DNA of 54,010 bases from Octopus bimaculoides (taxonomy: Eukaryota), in NCBI RefSeq assembly GCF_001194135.2, contig NC_069000.1, forward strand, positions 34,191,534 through 34,245,543, read 5' to 3'. Each line of letters starts with the position of its first letter. The stretch's first letter is position 1. This document shows positions 1-12,465 of the stretch, one piece after another. Made by a program: the position numbers and the translations under genes. The notes under the pieces are model-generated. The model was not told the origin of the DNA, made no database searches, and saw nothing but the letters and a program-made list of their open reading frames with translations.

Positions 1-81
1 GTGTTTCTTCAAATTAAATAAAAAAATAAATCAAAATAAATACTTTTGTTTAGTCCCAAGTTACCAGGCAAAATAATTTCA

Positions 82-258
82 AATTTTGGCACAAGGCCAG
101 CAATTTTGGGGGCCTGGGATAAGTTGATTACATCAGCCCCAAAAGGATGAAAGGTAAAGGTGGCTCCAACAGAATTTGAACTTCAGAACATAAAGATGGA
201 CAAAATGCCACTAAGCATTTTGCCCAGTGTGCTAACGATTCCGCCAGCTCTCCACCTT
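82..258 (-). mobile_element. tRNA-derived SINE, family B (partial)
   Basis: Reverse complement reads aaggtggagagctggcggaatcgttagcacactgggcaaaatgcttag...gttctgaagttcaaattc...cctttcatcctttt, matching the other family-B copies in the window (e.g. 12175, 39568). Confidence 0.75.
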
Positions 259-394
259 TACCAGGCAAAATAATACTAGGTTGTAGTTTGATAAAGTGAA
301 AGTGAACCTCTATATTCAAGAATTGCTGCATGTAAGTATATAATTAAATATAAATACTCAGAACTTTGCTCGATATATCATTCTTTTGATTCAG

Positions 395-515
395 TTAGCA
401 GGAGACCTAGGGGTAGACCAAGAATGAGAAAGTAAGATAATATCGATAGTTTCATTTAGTCACCCTTGAAAATTAAATCAGAAAGTCTAATGACAGTTGC
501 TTCTGATAGGATCCT
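395..515 (+). mobile_element. RTE-like LINE 3' fragment
   Basis: Encodes a decayed RRPRGRPRMR..DNI motif and is homologous by eye to 45045-45157 (ggcagaagacc...agaccaagaatga...gataatatc...cttctgata.gatcc). Confidence 0.5.
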
Positions 516-769
516 ATCAAGGACCCAACCCTCATGACCTTTCAGGAATGCTGGTCAGAGAAGACGGATGGATGGATCCAAAACAACCAAAACTTGATAC
601 AAATTCTTTTGTATTAGTTTTCATATCTTTCAAGCTTCCACCATAATTTTATGTGAGACATCTTTGCTAAATTATTTCTAAAACCAGCCTAATATACAAA
701 TTAATGCAGAAGTTTATTTTCAGAAATGCATTCAAGTTCTTCATTTTCAAAATTAACAGAAGCATAGTT

Positions 770-1050
770 TTTTTGAGTGGCAATAAAGTTTATCAGTTCC
801 AAAGTACACTTGTCATCTATTATTCACTGTAGTAGATAACAAGTGTACTAGATACCATTATTGGCATCTAGGTACAGTGCACTAAAGCAGTACATTGAAT
901 ACACTCCACTAATTTGTAATACCACTTTGGTAGATGTATGGCTGATCTGATGTTCTGCTAGCTTATAGTACTGAGTTCAAGTTACTTTATAGGCCTGGAA
1001 AAGAGAATGGGGAGTTACTTCCATACTTTGCAAGATGAATTCCCACTTAT
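770..1050 (+). mobile_element. possible Gypsy-type LTR retrotransposon RNase H remnant
   Basis: A short frame reads LLAYSTEFKLLYRPGKENG, resembling the ..AYDF.LLYRPGKEN motif at the end of Gypsy RNase H; weak KF(H)QF and FTVVD traces lie upstream. Heavily degenerate. Confidence 0.3.
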
Positions 1051-1254
1051 TTTACTGATTTGATACTAGTTAAGGGCTGTATATGATGGTTGGTATGCAA
1101 CAGTCTTAACCACCATAAAGTGGATATTTCTATTGACTATGAGCAATTCCACAACAATGGCTGACACTTGGTTGGCATTTGACTCGAGAGGAATAACAGA
1201 AGCAGCAATTTGTGAAATACAAGGGCAGTCAAATTTTGCATGTGTGTGCATGTG

Positions 1255-1290
<36 letters not shown>

Positions 1291-2099
1291 TTCGCATATA
1301 TTTTACTTGCAGCTTGCATTGTAGGACATTCTCTTTATTAGCTGTTCACTAGAGACCAACATGATTTGGGGCATCATCCAACAGTATGTCTTCTTCTAAC
1401 AGTACTGAGTTGCATTGATGCTTCAAGGGAATATCCAAGCTATTTTCGTCCTTATTGTTATATATTGCTCTTTCATCCTGTAAAACATGTGACCACCTTA
1501 CCAAACTAGGAGCCTCTGCAATCATCCAATGATTACTTTGTTTTACTTCTTACTGGGAATTTATTTTTCACTCTCAGCTTTAGTCTTTCTTTCATATATC
1601 CCTACCATATATCTACATGAAACATTCTTTGTATTTCACAAATTGCTGCTTCTGATATTCTTCTCAAGTCAAATGCCAACCAAGTGTGACATCATAGATT
1701 TAACTACAAGTCCACAAATCCCACCTGTACACTGCCAGCCTTGGTCTCATATTTTAAGCACTTTGTTTCAGTGCTCTCACCATTCAATCCCATGTTAACA
1801 GTATCGGAAGATACTGTTAATTTAACAATCAAAACGTTTTAATCTGTTAGACCATGACACTGGGTTAGAGTGTTGCTTCATTATTGCAATATGGCCTGTG
1901 AACATGAGGATTTTCTTTAGTTCTATCTGCATTTTCCAGTTCATAGTGGTGACAGTAAAAGGTGTCATTTAATCATTGTGTTTGGAGATTTTATGTTGTA
2001 AAATATGTTAATTTGTTTCAATGAGGTTATTATTTTAACTGGGGGTGTATAAAAAATACTTGTATTATGCTATTATAAGATGGAAAAAGTTGTCAGCAG

Positions 2100-2170
2100 A
2101 CAGCCATGGGACATGAACCTGCACCCCTCAGATACCAGCTGAGTTCTCTACCATTAAGCTAAATTGCCCA
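2100..2170 (-). pseudogene. degenerate tRNA-like sequence / SINE head
   Basis: Minus strand gggcaatttagcttaatggtagagaactcagctggtatctgaggggtgcaggttcatgtccc: A-box-like segment and a perfect 5-bp anticodon stem (CTCAG/CTGAG) around CT-GGT-AT, but a broken T-arm. Confidence 0.35.
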
Positions 2171-3849
2171 CTGACCTCAATCTCCATCAAATTAAAAACT
2201 AAATATCTTAGCTAAGAGTAAAATACTCAATCTTTCTGCTATTTTTATGAAATAGAGGGACATAATGGTATATCCACTCATGTTACCCAACCCCAGTACT
2301 TACCAGTTGATCATGATATGGTAGTAAATTGCATGAATAAAGTACCAAGTTGGCAGAGTTGCTAGCATGTTGGACAAAATGCTTAGGGACATTTCTTCCA
2401 ACTCTTTATGTTGAGTTCAAATCCTACTGAGATCAACTTTACCTTTCATCCTTTCGAGGTCACTAAAATAAAGTCCCAGTCAAGTACTGAGGTCTATGTA
2501 ATCAACTTATTCTCTTCCCCCAAAACTGCTCACCTTGAACTCAGCAATGGACTAGCATCCTTCCAGAAGGAATGTTGTGAACTTGGTCACTTATATGCTA
2601 TAAAAACCAGGTACTGCATTAAAAGTTCTTTCACACATAATAGAATGTATAAAAAAGAAAAATCCAATGCTTTACTTAATCCAGCAGATGCATGTGTATT
2701 TGCTAGGTCAATCCAGAGGATCAGAAACGTCTTAGCATACTAAACTGAACTTGTTTACTATTCAAACGTGTCACTGGTAAATGGATTGTCTATCTCGTAT
2801 GTGTGTGTTTGTGTCAGTGGAAATCCTTGTAAAATCCTTGAAATTGCTATTTGGTGAGGGGAGATAAATGGATAAAGGAACATAACTCAAAGTGAACTCG
2901 GTTATTCAGAAAATAGAAATTGATAAAAGTAAGTACAGTACTAAGTATTGCGATCAATATAATTTACTGAAACCCTTGAACGGTGCTGCTCCAGCATGAC
3001 CACAATCTATTGAGAGAAGCGTGTAAAAAGATATATAAATCACGGGAGTTTAATTTGACACAATGTACAATTTAAAGGTGTAATAAAGTTTTTTTTTTTT
3101 TTAATGTAAAAATGCATGTTAACTTTCCCTCCAACCTTTGAAGGTACTGAAATGACAGAAATGGCAAAAAACATCAAAATGTCTTACAGTATTTAGTTTT
3201 GGTCTTCTGCATTCTGAGTTCAAATCTCAACGAGTTTTACCAGGGTCATCTTTTTTTCTTTTATTCTGCTGAGGTCAATTGTGATGAGTTGATGGGCTAT
3301 ATTTCAACCAGAAGATTTACAATTTTATTTACCCATGTAAAAAATTCCTATTACTTGGTAATGTTATGATTTGCTTCCAAGGAAAACCAACTTTTGCAGA
3401 TCTACCAGTTTTTATTGTCCTGAAATATTGCTGGCTTACATTCAACATGCTCTATTTAGAAGTCTTAATAAATTCTTCACTATTGTTTATAGCATTTCAT
3501 TTATTCTAAATCTTAAAGCCTAGGATACATGTCTTATTGTAAAGAATGGTTGACCACAGCTAGGACTCACCAGAGGCTAAAACCAACTCATTACATTGTT
3601 TTAACATCCACTTTTTCATGCTTGCATGGGCTGGATGGAATTTGTTGAGGCAGATTTTTCTATGGCTGGATGCCCTTCCTATTGTGAACCTTCACATGTT
3701 TCCAAGTAAAATAATATTCCCTCATGGCTAGACATGTTATCACAGAATATTGGAAAGGAAGGACACTGCTTGCGTAATGGTGATACTTGTTTACAACTGT
3801 CATACAGTGTTAAAGGAAGAAAACAGTAATACACATGCACACACACATA

Positions 3850-4152
3850 TACAGGGTGTCTACAAGGTCTGGGTACATGGAGTAAATAAAATCATAACAT
3901 AAACAATTAAATATAAGAAATAATAATTTCTTACAGTATGTGTTAATCCCCATGTGGGTACATGGAGTAAATAAAATCCTAACATAAACAATTAGATATA
4001 AGAAATAATAATTTCTTAAAGTATGTGTTAATCCCCATGTGGGTACATGGAGTAAATAAAATCATAACATGAACGATTAAATATATAAGAAATAATAATT
4101 TCTTAAAGTATGTGTTAATCCCCGTGTACCCAGACTTTGTGGACACCCTGTA
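3850..4152. mobile_element. Tc1/mariner-type MITE with triplicated 85-bp core
   Basis: TA-flanked TIRs cagggtgtctacaaggtctgggtacatgg / cgtgtacccagactttgtggacaccctg; internal units start at 3871, 3956 and 4041. Confidence 0.8.
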
Positions 4153-4164
4153 TATATATACAAT

Positions 4165-4320
4165 GGATGACTTTCAGTTTCTGACTTCCAAATCTAATCA
4201 CTAGGCTTTGTGGTTGACCTGGTTCTAAAGTAGAAGACACTTGCCCAATGTACCACATAGTGGGACTGAGCCCAGAACCCTCTGGTTGGTAAGCAAACTT
4301 CTTACCACACAGCCACACCT
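4165..4320 (-). mobile_element. tRNA-derived SINE, family A (5' part)
   Basis: ...gtagaagacacttgcccaatgtaccacatagtgggactga...ggttggtaagcaaacttcttaccacacagccac matches the family-A copies at 15372 and 28265. Confidence 0.75.
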
Positions 4321-4583
4321 ACATCTACACACATGCATGTATGTGTGTGTGTATATATATATATATNNNNNNNNNNNNNNNNNNNNNNNNNNNNNNNNNN
4401 NNNNNNNNNNNNNNNNNNNNNNNNNNNNNNNNNNNNNNNNNNNNNNNNNNNNNNNNNNNNNNNNNNNNNNNNNNNNNNNNNNNNNNNNNNNNNNNNNNNN
4501 NNNNNNNNNNNNNNNNNNNNNNNNNNNNNNNNNNNNNNNNNNNNNNNNNNNNNNNNNNNNNNNNNNNNNNNNNNNNNNNNNNN

Positions 4584-4658
4584 ACTTGGAAGGTTAGGCC
4601 TCCAGCTAGGCTTTTTGTGACACCCTTAGAGCCAGGAACTTTTCAGCACCTCCTCGTA
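4584..4658. mobile_element. mariner-type MITE, right end (left part lost in N-gap)
   Basis: Ends gccaggaacttttcagcacctcctcg-TA, the same TIR as 14303-14518 and 23381. Confidence 0.7.
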
Positions 4659-5589
4659 TATATATATATATATTTGTGTATATAACCTATTTAAGTGATC
4701 ATGTTAAGTGATACAATTTTAAAGATCTCTGCTCTCAGCTAAAGTAACATATCAAATATGTAAATTCTTGGGGAAGTAACTGTGTGAAAATATTTTGAAT
4801 CATTTGTATAATGTCATTCTAAGGCGCAACAAGAGTTACATGATATAAAAACTATATTTACAAATCCCACATAATTGCAACAAAGTACACAAATGTTTAA
4901 GAGAAAGGACGCTGAGAATAGAACATACAAATGTTATTACACTTTATTACTCATTGATCTTTAGCAAAAGAGACCTGGAAATACAAATATACTAAAAAAA
5001 AATGAAAGCATAAGAAGCAGTTGCAATTATACACTTTATGAGAAACAATGCTCCAAAGCAAGGGTTGCCAACCACCGGATTGCAGATCAGTGTCAAGCTG
5101 TGTGTCATTTGGTGTTGGGCCCATGCCTATTGTTAAGGAGGTGCACTAGATGGTACTGGTCCCTCACTATTCAATAGTGTACCTTTAGATTTAGTGATAC
5201 ACTTCTTTCAAAACTCCACTTTAGTATTATTACCAATTAAGGCCCACTCAGAACTTTTTGAAGCACCCCCAGGCACCAAAGTCTGGTGATGGGCCTGACT
5301 GATCCACACAGAAAAATTGAAGTATGAAAATTTTATTTCTATTTTATTGACTGTTACAGTTTGCAGGGTGTCTTTGCATCATGCATGTACGATATATGTC
5401 ATAATTAAATCATTATGCAGTTTATTGTGTTTTGTTATTCACATGATCCACCAGTCTGTGAAAAAATTACCTGGCATGAAACCAGTCCATGGTGTGAAAC
5501 ATGTTGGAGGCTGTTGCAAACTATTCCATTTTCAATAAATCTTTAAATAGCAGCAATCCTCAACCTGATCATGTTGTCAGAAATGCTTA

Positions 5590-6140
5590 TCTGTGTGGTA
5601 CAGGAACACTTAGGACAAATTACACAAAATGCAGGACTGACAATACAGCTGAAAGTAACAAGTGTAGGTTTTGCTGTGATAAAGGTGAGTCTGTATGGAA
5701 TATTGTGAATGAATGTGGGAAGCTGACCCAAATAAGAAATAACAAAAAAGAAAAAAAAAAGGTATAATGATGTTACAAGAATGATTCATTGGTAACTGTA
5801 TGACAAGTATGGATTGTAGAGAACAAAGCCATGAAATGGGTAGACTTCAGGGAAATGACAAGATAAGGATATTGTCAGATGTAATGATTTAATGTGATCT
5901 TGAAATTGAACATCAAAAGCTGGAGATAGAGATTGTGAATGAAGAGGGGAAAAAAACCTGTTTTATCATTGATATTTCACGCCCTGGTGAGGATAGTATT
6001 AGAAAAAGAAAAAGGTTAGATTTGGGGATTTGGAGAGGGAAATAAAAACAGTGGTCATTGTTGGAGCCTTAAGTACTATAAGACAGGAGTAAATGGGAAG
6101 ATAGAGCATCTACTGCAAACCACTGTTTGAAAATGCTCAA
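5590..6140 (+). mobile_element. decayed non-LTR retrotransposon C-terminus (zinc knuckle + restriction-like endonuclease; R4/Hero/NeSL-like)
   Basis: ORF 5501-5767 has LRTNYTKCRTDNTAESNKCRFC..ESVWNIVNEC (CCHC-like); downstream frames give CDLEIEHQK, CFIIDISRPG and VIVGALS, typical of RLE-type elements; many frameshifts. Confidence 0.75.
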
Positions 6141-8619
6141 ATCCTTTGCAGATCTCTCGAAATCTGAGTGAAGAGCGTTGTTACATTAGTTCGCTGGTTA
6201 CGGCGGCTGACACCTTATTTATATTTTCTGATGCTAACCGAAACCCACGATGCCATTATTATTGTCCCAGAACACGATTTCAGACAAATCATTTGTTGAA
6301 AAAGTGCAACCCAGGAATCATATTTTGTGCTTTTAATGATCTAGGGCAAAGTTTATACTTTTCTCAAAGCCATTAAGCTGTCAGGTATGAAAGCCACATC
6401 ATCACTGACAGGGCTCGACAGAAATCACCTTTATATTACTTTCTTGCATTTTACCCCATTCATATCGAATAAATCGACACCATTCATTGGTTATTAATTA
6501 AATAGATATAATTAGAATTAAGTGAGCGGACTGACTGACATAGTTTTATGAGTTTGTATTGTTTGGGAGAAAGACTAGCGTACCAGTTTCCTCACATTAT
6601 TGTGTTAATATATACACCCACGAAATCAGATAACTAAAAGTTTACACTGCTATGGGAGATAACTCTCACTAACAAATTTAGTCCCTTTGCCTAAAGTGAA
6701 ACGTAAGTTATCTATATTTTATTACATCGATAAAAATACTATTTGAACGTGCCAACCTGTAGGGTAGAAGTTAAACTCTCAATGAAAGAATACTATTTAG
6801 GTCCCGAAAGAATACTATTTAGGTTATGACTATTCCACTTCATTAATGTTGCTAATGTGTTTTAGAAACTATGAGTATGACAAGCTAATGAGCGCCTCTA
6901 TTCGACCTGCAGAAAAATAGCAGTCACATTTCACTCAAATCGCATTATATCTTAGATTATAAACATACTTGCTAAAGCAGTCGAAAATATTAATGAAACG
7001 GGATATTTGTGGCTGTGCCGACATGATGTTTGTCAAGGGAGATCACTCCAGTGTCTCCACAGAAACACGAAAGCAGTCATCGTATGCTTAGGTTTGAACA
7101 CGAAACAAATTGAATGATTTTTCTTAGTTATGGAGAAAAGGCGTCTAACTATTGTTACTACTCAATTTTTATCTGTTATATTCAGATAAAATTTCATTTT
7201 ATATCATGTATTTTGTGAATAATAGCGTCGTTAGTTACAGATTTCCAACAGTTTACTGCGTTACGATGCGAGATCGACAAATGAGTGTCCGTGTAACTCA
7301 GGCAGAATAAATACGATGCAAGGTATGTGTGTTCGAAAGCATCTGTTTATTAGTTTTCTCGCGTGCGTGCGTGTGTGTGTACGCGATGGTGATGGCTTCT
7401 CTCTATCAAATTCTACTCACAAGGCGTTTGATCAACTCGAAGCTATGTTAGAAGGACTTATCTAAGGTACCATACAGCGGGAACGAAACAAGATCCGCAT
7501 GGCTGGCTACAAAGCGAACCTTTTAGCTTCACAGCTATATTATGGACACATGTCCATATATTTCTTGACTAAGTGACTTACTAAATCGGTATACGACCAA
7601 AACAACATCTCACAACAAAATTTAAAAGAATGGCAAAGGATCTTTCTAACCCCTCTCTCTGCTCCTTTTTTGTTTCAGATAATTCTTCGACATCTAACTT
7701 CCTTGCATCCTACTAATATTCTAGTGAAGGCACGTGACCTAGTGGTTAGGGCTTTACACTCACAATCAAGAGATTGTGGTTTCGATTCATAAACTGACTG
7801 CACTTTGTGTTCCAGAGAAAAAAAACTTCATTTCACGTTGTTCCAGTTGACTCAACTGTAAAAGGGTAACCTTCTGATGGCTTGGCATAAAAGGGTGTGT
7901 GAAGGTGACTCAGGAAAATCACCTGAACAGAAATCACATGGGCCATGATTTATATTCAGCAGTCAAAACGATGAACCAACTGGCTGGGATTAGTTGTTCA
8001 ACCATGTCAAAGGATGATGATTCTATCTCCCCTATAAAATGAATCTAGCTGGTTTTACAAATATCTCCCATACATCTAAACTGTTATAACCATATATCTA
8101 AACTGTTAATTTCAATTTAAATGACAGCTTTTATTAAGTCTATTATTGTTTGTATATTGCTAATACACACTACTGTGCAAAGGTTTTGGGCAGATAATAT
8201 TTTAATATTTTTAACCAAGTTTGAGCAGGAACTCTAATAATGTATCATAGAGTATATTATTGATTTCATATAAGATGCAATTTAGTGTCATTATGAGTCA
8301 AAGTTCATGTTGAATATTGTAAAGTTACATCAACAAATACTAGATTATCAATTGGTAGCAGGCTATCAAGGGAATTACATCTCCTGATAGGACTTGTTTT
8401 GTTGTAAACTTTGTATATCTGCCAAATTCTCCAAGCATTCTTAATGTTTCAGGAGATTGAAAAAAGTATACATAAACATTAATTTCAAGACACCTTTTAC
8501 ATATAATTTAAAAGGATAGTAATTTCTTTTCTCAGAGTTTTAAAGCAATACACAAGTAGTAAAACATGAACTTGCTTGTGATTTCAATTCTAAAATGTAT
8601 AAGGTTGTCTTTATCATAA

Positions 8620-8930
8620 ACAAAGAATGTTTTAATCTGAACTATCAAGGAAAGCTGGGATCTCAAAATGTGCTATACAGGAAATCAAGGAAAAATGTGA
8701 AACTGAAGGAACTGAAAATAGAAAATGTGACAGACCCCCAAAATAAAAACAACGTCAGGTATCTAAAGCTGATGTCATTGAGAAACAGAACCAAATCTAG
8801 CTGCCAGCTATTATTTGATATAGCTTAAACCTCCAGCACTCAGGTTCATTCTTTTAGCAGGGCACTGGCAAAAGGTCTTCATGGTTGTGTAGCTAAAAAG
8901 AGAGTAAACAAAAAAGACTATGCAGCCATA
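8620..8930 (+). mobile_element. decayed Tc1-like transposase N-terminal (HTH) fragment
   Basis: Stitched frames read SRKAGISKCAIQEIKEKCETEGTENRKCDRPPK / RYLKLMSLRNRTKSSCQL / SRALAKGLHGCVAKKR, matching the Tc1 pattern IARKLG.S..V..I...ETG...NR.R.GRP.K...R..GL.G..A.KK. Confidence 0.6.
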
Positions 8931-9335
8931 CTGATTAATTGCTATAAAATAATTTAAAATCAGAAATATGTCATAAATTTCTTGAATGATCTTTGTATGT
9001 ATTTCAATATAATAATACAAACTTTTATTATCATTAAGAATTTTGACCAGTAGTATGTATGGTTCCTTGTTATTAAAAATCTTTGATAAAAATAGACAAC
9101 ATTATTTGAAATCAACGAATCTTAAAGTGATTTGCTTACAAATCTAAAGGAGATGCTTAGACAAAGTAAAATAGTTTATTTTCTGTGTGTGCATATATAT
9201 ATATATATACACATACACACATACACATGCACACATGCATTCACATGCACACTCACTCTCACACACACACTCACACATACACACACACACACTCTCACGC
9301 ACACTCACACATACACTCACACACTCACACACACA

Positions 9336-9368
<33 letters not shown>

Positions 9369-10469
9369 TTGCACAAGCTAATACAAATATAAGAGAAAGA
9401 ATATAAAAGAAAACACAAAGGAAAGAAGAAATGTACAGAGGATGAAAATTAAAGTCTGTGGAAACTTTAGGAATAAGCAGACCAATTTCCATTTTTCTTG
9501 ATATTATTTTCTTTATTGACAGAAAAAGAATGTAAACAGCTTGAGCTGATCAGTTGGATATGTAAACACACATAATCCTATTAACTTAATAGTGTCTCAA
9601 GGTTACTCTGTTTCTCTGTCTTTTCAAACACACATTTATCATTTATCCCCTGAAGATTCAAACTAAACATTTCTTTTTAACCTTCAAAATCTATGATTTT
9701 ATTTCATGATGAATTAAAACAAAATTTTCTATTTTAGTTCTTTTTCATATCTGAGGTATGTTTTCCTATGTTAATATTGTTACAGTTTTGCTGAAGTTTC
9801 ATCTTTCTGGGGTTGATAAAACTAGAACCAATTAAGAATTGGATTGATCTTAATCAAATATAACCTTCCCAAAATTTGAGGTTTGTGTCTATATTAGAAA
9901 TCAATATTGTTACAGTTTCATTTCACTATGAAGTTATGATCTTAAACCATACTGAAATATTTTAGTGTTTATGATTTGCTTAAAATATAAGATTTATGAG
10001 AAGCAGTGAAAAAGCTCCAAGTTTGTCAGAGTGGAATAGAGTTCAGCTCAGGTTATAAATACGTTCTAATGAGAAAGTAGTAACCAGTATCAGGCTTAAT
10101 AACTAAAGTAACTAACAATTTGAGGTTGTTGAGGACTTCAACTGATTTTTGTTTTTCTATGTCCAGTAGTTGAAGGTCAACAAAAGAAACCAGGACTAAA
10201 TTCCGCTGGCATCATTTACTTCACCATGAAATGATAAAATATTCTTTAAATATACAATTCCATTAACTTTCCAGTGAAATTCAAACTATAAATTGCTTGC
10301 GATTTCAATCTTTCTTTAATAGATGTTAGAGTTGGGCATTGATTATTTGTATATGATTAAAAAAACATAAGCTTTAGTGCAAAAGTGATTCTGAAAACTT
10401 CTCTACATATAGAAAGAGCATAAAAGGGACAGGTACATCAACAGACATGACTTATTTTGGGGGAAATAC

Positions 10470-10818
10470 TGTGAAAAATGTATCTGAGCTATCACATTTC
10501 TGTTGTCTCCCATTTATTTCCATAACCATTGCAAAAGATCATAAAAGGATCACATTAGATGTGCAAGTAACTAACGTACTGAAATTTGTTATTGTACAGC
10601 TTTCTCTCATGACAAAACTTTCTCAGGCAATTGAGAAGAATCATTCAAAAGAGTCTCTTCAAAGCAACATAATATTGTAGACAAGCTGTGACAATGGAGA
10701 GCTATGGCAATCTTTAGTTACCTTCACATCTAGTGTGATCCTATAATGATCTTTTGCAGTGGTTATGGAAATAAATGAGAGACAACAGGAATGTGATGTC
10801 TCAGGCACATTTTTCACA
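10470..10818. repeat. foldback / MITE-like inverted repeat, ~105-bp arms
   Basis: 10470-10574 (tgtgaaaaatgtatctgagctatcacatttctgttgtctcccatttatttccataaccattgcaaaagatcat...) is the reverse complement of 10714-10818, with scattered substitutions. Confidence 0.85.
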
Positions 10819-10894
10819 TTATTCTGAGTTATAATAAATGTAGCAGATTAGTAGGTTCATTGTGGTATTTCTTCTGGCTTCTTACATTCCAACT

Positions 10895-11122
10895 TTAACC
10901 CTTTAGCATTTAATCCGGTTAAATCTGGCCCAAATATGCCTCCTGTTTTAAGTTCAAACTAGCCAGGTCTAGCTTCTCATGCCTACCCTACAATGTCAAC
11001 CTAAAAATAAACAATCACATCATCGAAATTTCAAAGATATGAGACAATACATGACAAATTCAAAACAATATGAATAAATAAGCTTTATTTTTTGACAGAA
11101 TTATTTAAACACAAAAAGGTTG
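10895..11122. mobile_element. piggyBac-like MITE (decayed right end)
   Basis: Left end TTAA-CCCTTTAGCATT; right end degenerate (aaacacaaaaaggtt vs expected aatgctaaagggttaa). Confidence 0.5.
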
Positions 11123-11500
11123 CATTACCAAGGTCAGTTTTAACTTTCAGTCTTTTGGGTGGGGGTTTATAAAATGAAGTACAGGTCAAGTACTGGGGCC
11201 AATTTAATCGATTATACACTTCCCAACCTCCAAAACTTTTCAAGCCTTGTACCTATGTTAGAAACAGAAGAGTGTTGGGTTGGCAGAATTGTTTGAGCAT
11301 TGGGCAAAATGCTTTGTGTTTGTTCCAGCTCTTTATATTCTGAGGTTAAATTCAACTAACGTTAACTTGGCCTTTCATATCCTTCTGATGTCGATATAAT
11401 AAAGTACCAATTAGTTACTAGGGTCAATATCATCAAGTAATTCCCTTCCCTTTTTTTTTCTGGCCTTACGCCTATTCTAGAAACAATGATGACCTATAAT

Positions 11501-11690
11501 GATCGTTACCAGCATCGCCCTACTAGCACTTGTGCCGGTGGCACGTGAAAAGACATTCGAGCAAGGTCGTTGTCAGTGCTGCTGGACTGGCTCCTATGCA
11601 AGTGGCACGTTAAAAACACCATTTGAGCGTGGCCATTGCTAGTACTGCCTGACTGGCCCTCGTGCCGGTGGCGTGTAAAATTTGAGGCCT
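11501..11690. repeat. interspersed element fragment built of ~65-bp diverged tandem units
   Basis: gtggcacgtgaaaa / gtggcacgttaaaa / gtggcgtgtaaaa recur at 11538, 11602 and 11668; related units in opposite orientation lie near 28020-28120. Confidence 0.55.
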
Positions 11691-11731
11691 TGTGCCTATA
11701 GCAAAAAACATTATTATTGTTATTATTTAAC

Positions 11732-12385
11732 AGGGCAGTGAGCTGGCAGAGCCGTTAGCATGATGAGCAAAATGTTTAGTGGCGTTTCATCCATCTGTAC
11801 ATTCTGAGTTCAAACTCTGCCAAGGTCAACTTTACCTTTCATCCTTTCAGGGTTTGTAAAATAAGTACCACTTGAGGCCTGGGGGTTGATGTAATCAACT
11901 ATCTTTGTGCCTACAGATGAAAGAATTATTATTATTAATTAAGGTGGCAAGCTGGCAGAATCATTAGCAAGTGGAAAAAATGTTTAGTGGCAATTCGTCT
12001 GACACTACATTCTTCGCTCAAATTCTACCAAGGTTGACTTTGCCTTCCATCTTTTTTGGATCAATGAAATAAATACTAGTTTTGTGCTGGGCCCAATGTA
12101 ATCAACTTACCCTTTCCTGTGAAACTGCTGGCTTTGTGCTAAAAATTTGAGATTAATATGCCAAAATATTTATAAGGCAGTGAGCTGGCAGAATCCTTAG
12201 CACACCGGATGGAATGCTTAGCAGCATTTTGTCCATCTTTGCATTCTGAGTTCAAATTCCACTGAGGTTGACTTTGCCTTTCATCCTTTCAGAGTCGATA
12301 AAATAAGTGGTAGTTGAGCACTGAGATCAATGTAATTGACTTACCCCTCCTCCCAAACTACTGCCCTTGTGGCAAAATTTGAAAC

Positions 12386-12465
<80 letters not shown>

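Noticed and set aside
3871-4127. Regular 85-bp repeats as a possible CRISPR-like array
   Set aside because: The units are fully repeated with no unique spacers, sit within MITE TIRs, and the context is eukaryotic.
9132-9406. ORFs rich in HT/CV/YI dipeptides (also 13388-13856, 17470-17893, 29281-29765, 40409-41155, 42026-42680)
   Set aside because: They are translations of (CA)n/(TA)n/(CATA)n microsatellites, not genes.
9738-9755. 18-nt AG...GTATGT micro-exon candidates (also 40382-40399)
   Set aside because: Splice-like dinucleotides are expected by chance in AT-rich DNA; there is no supporting neighbouring exon or recognisable peptide.
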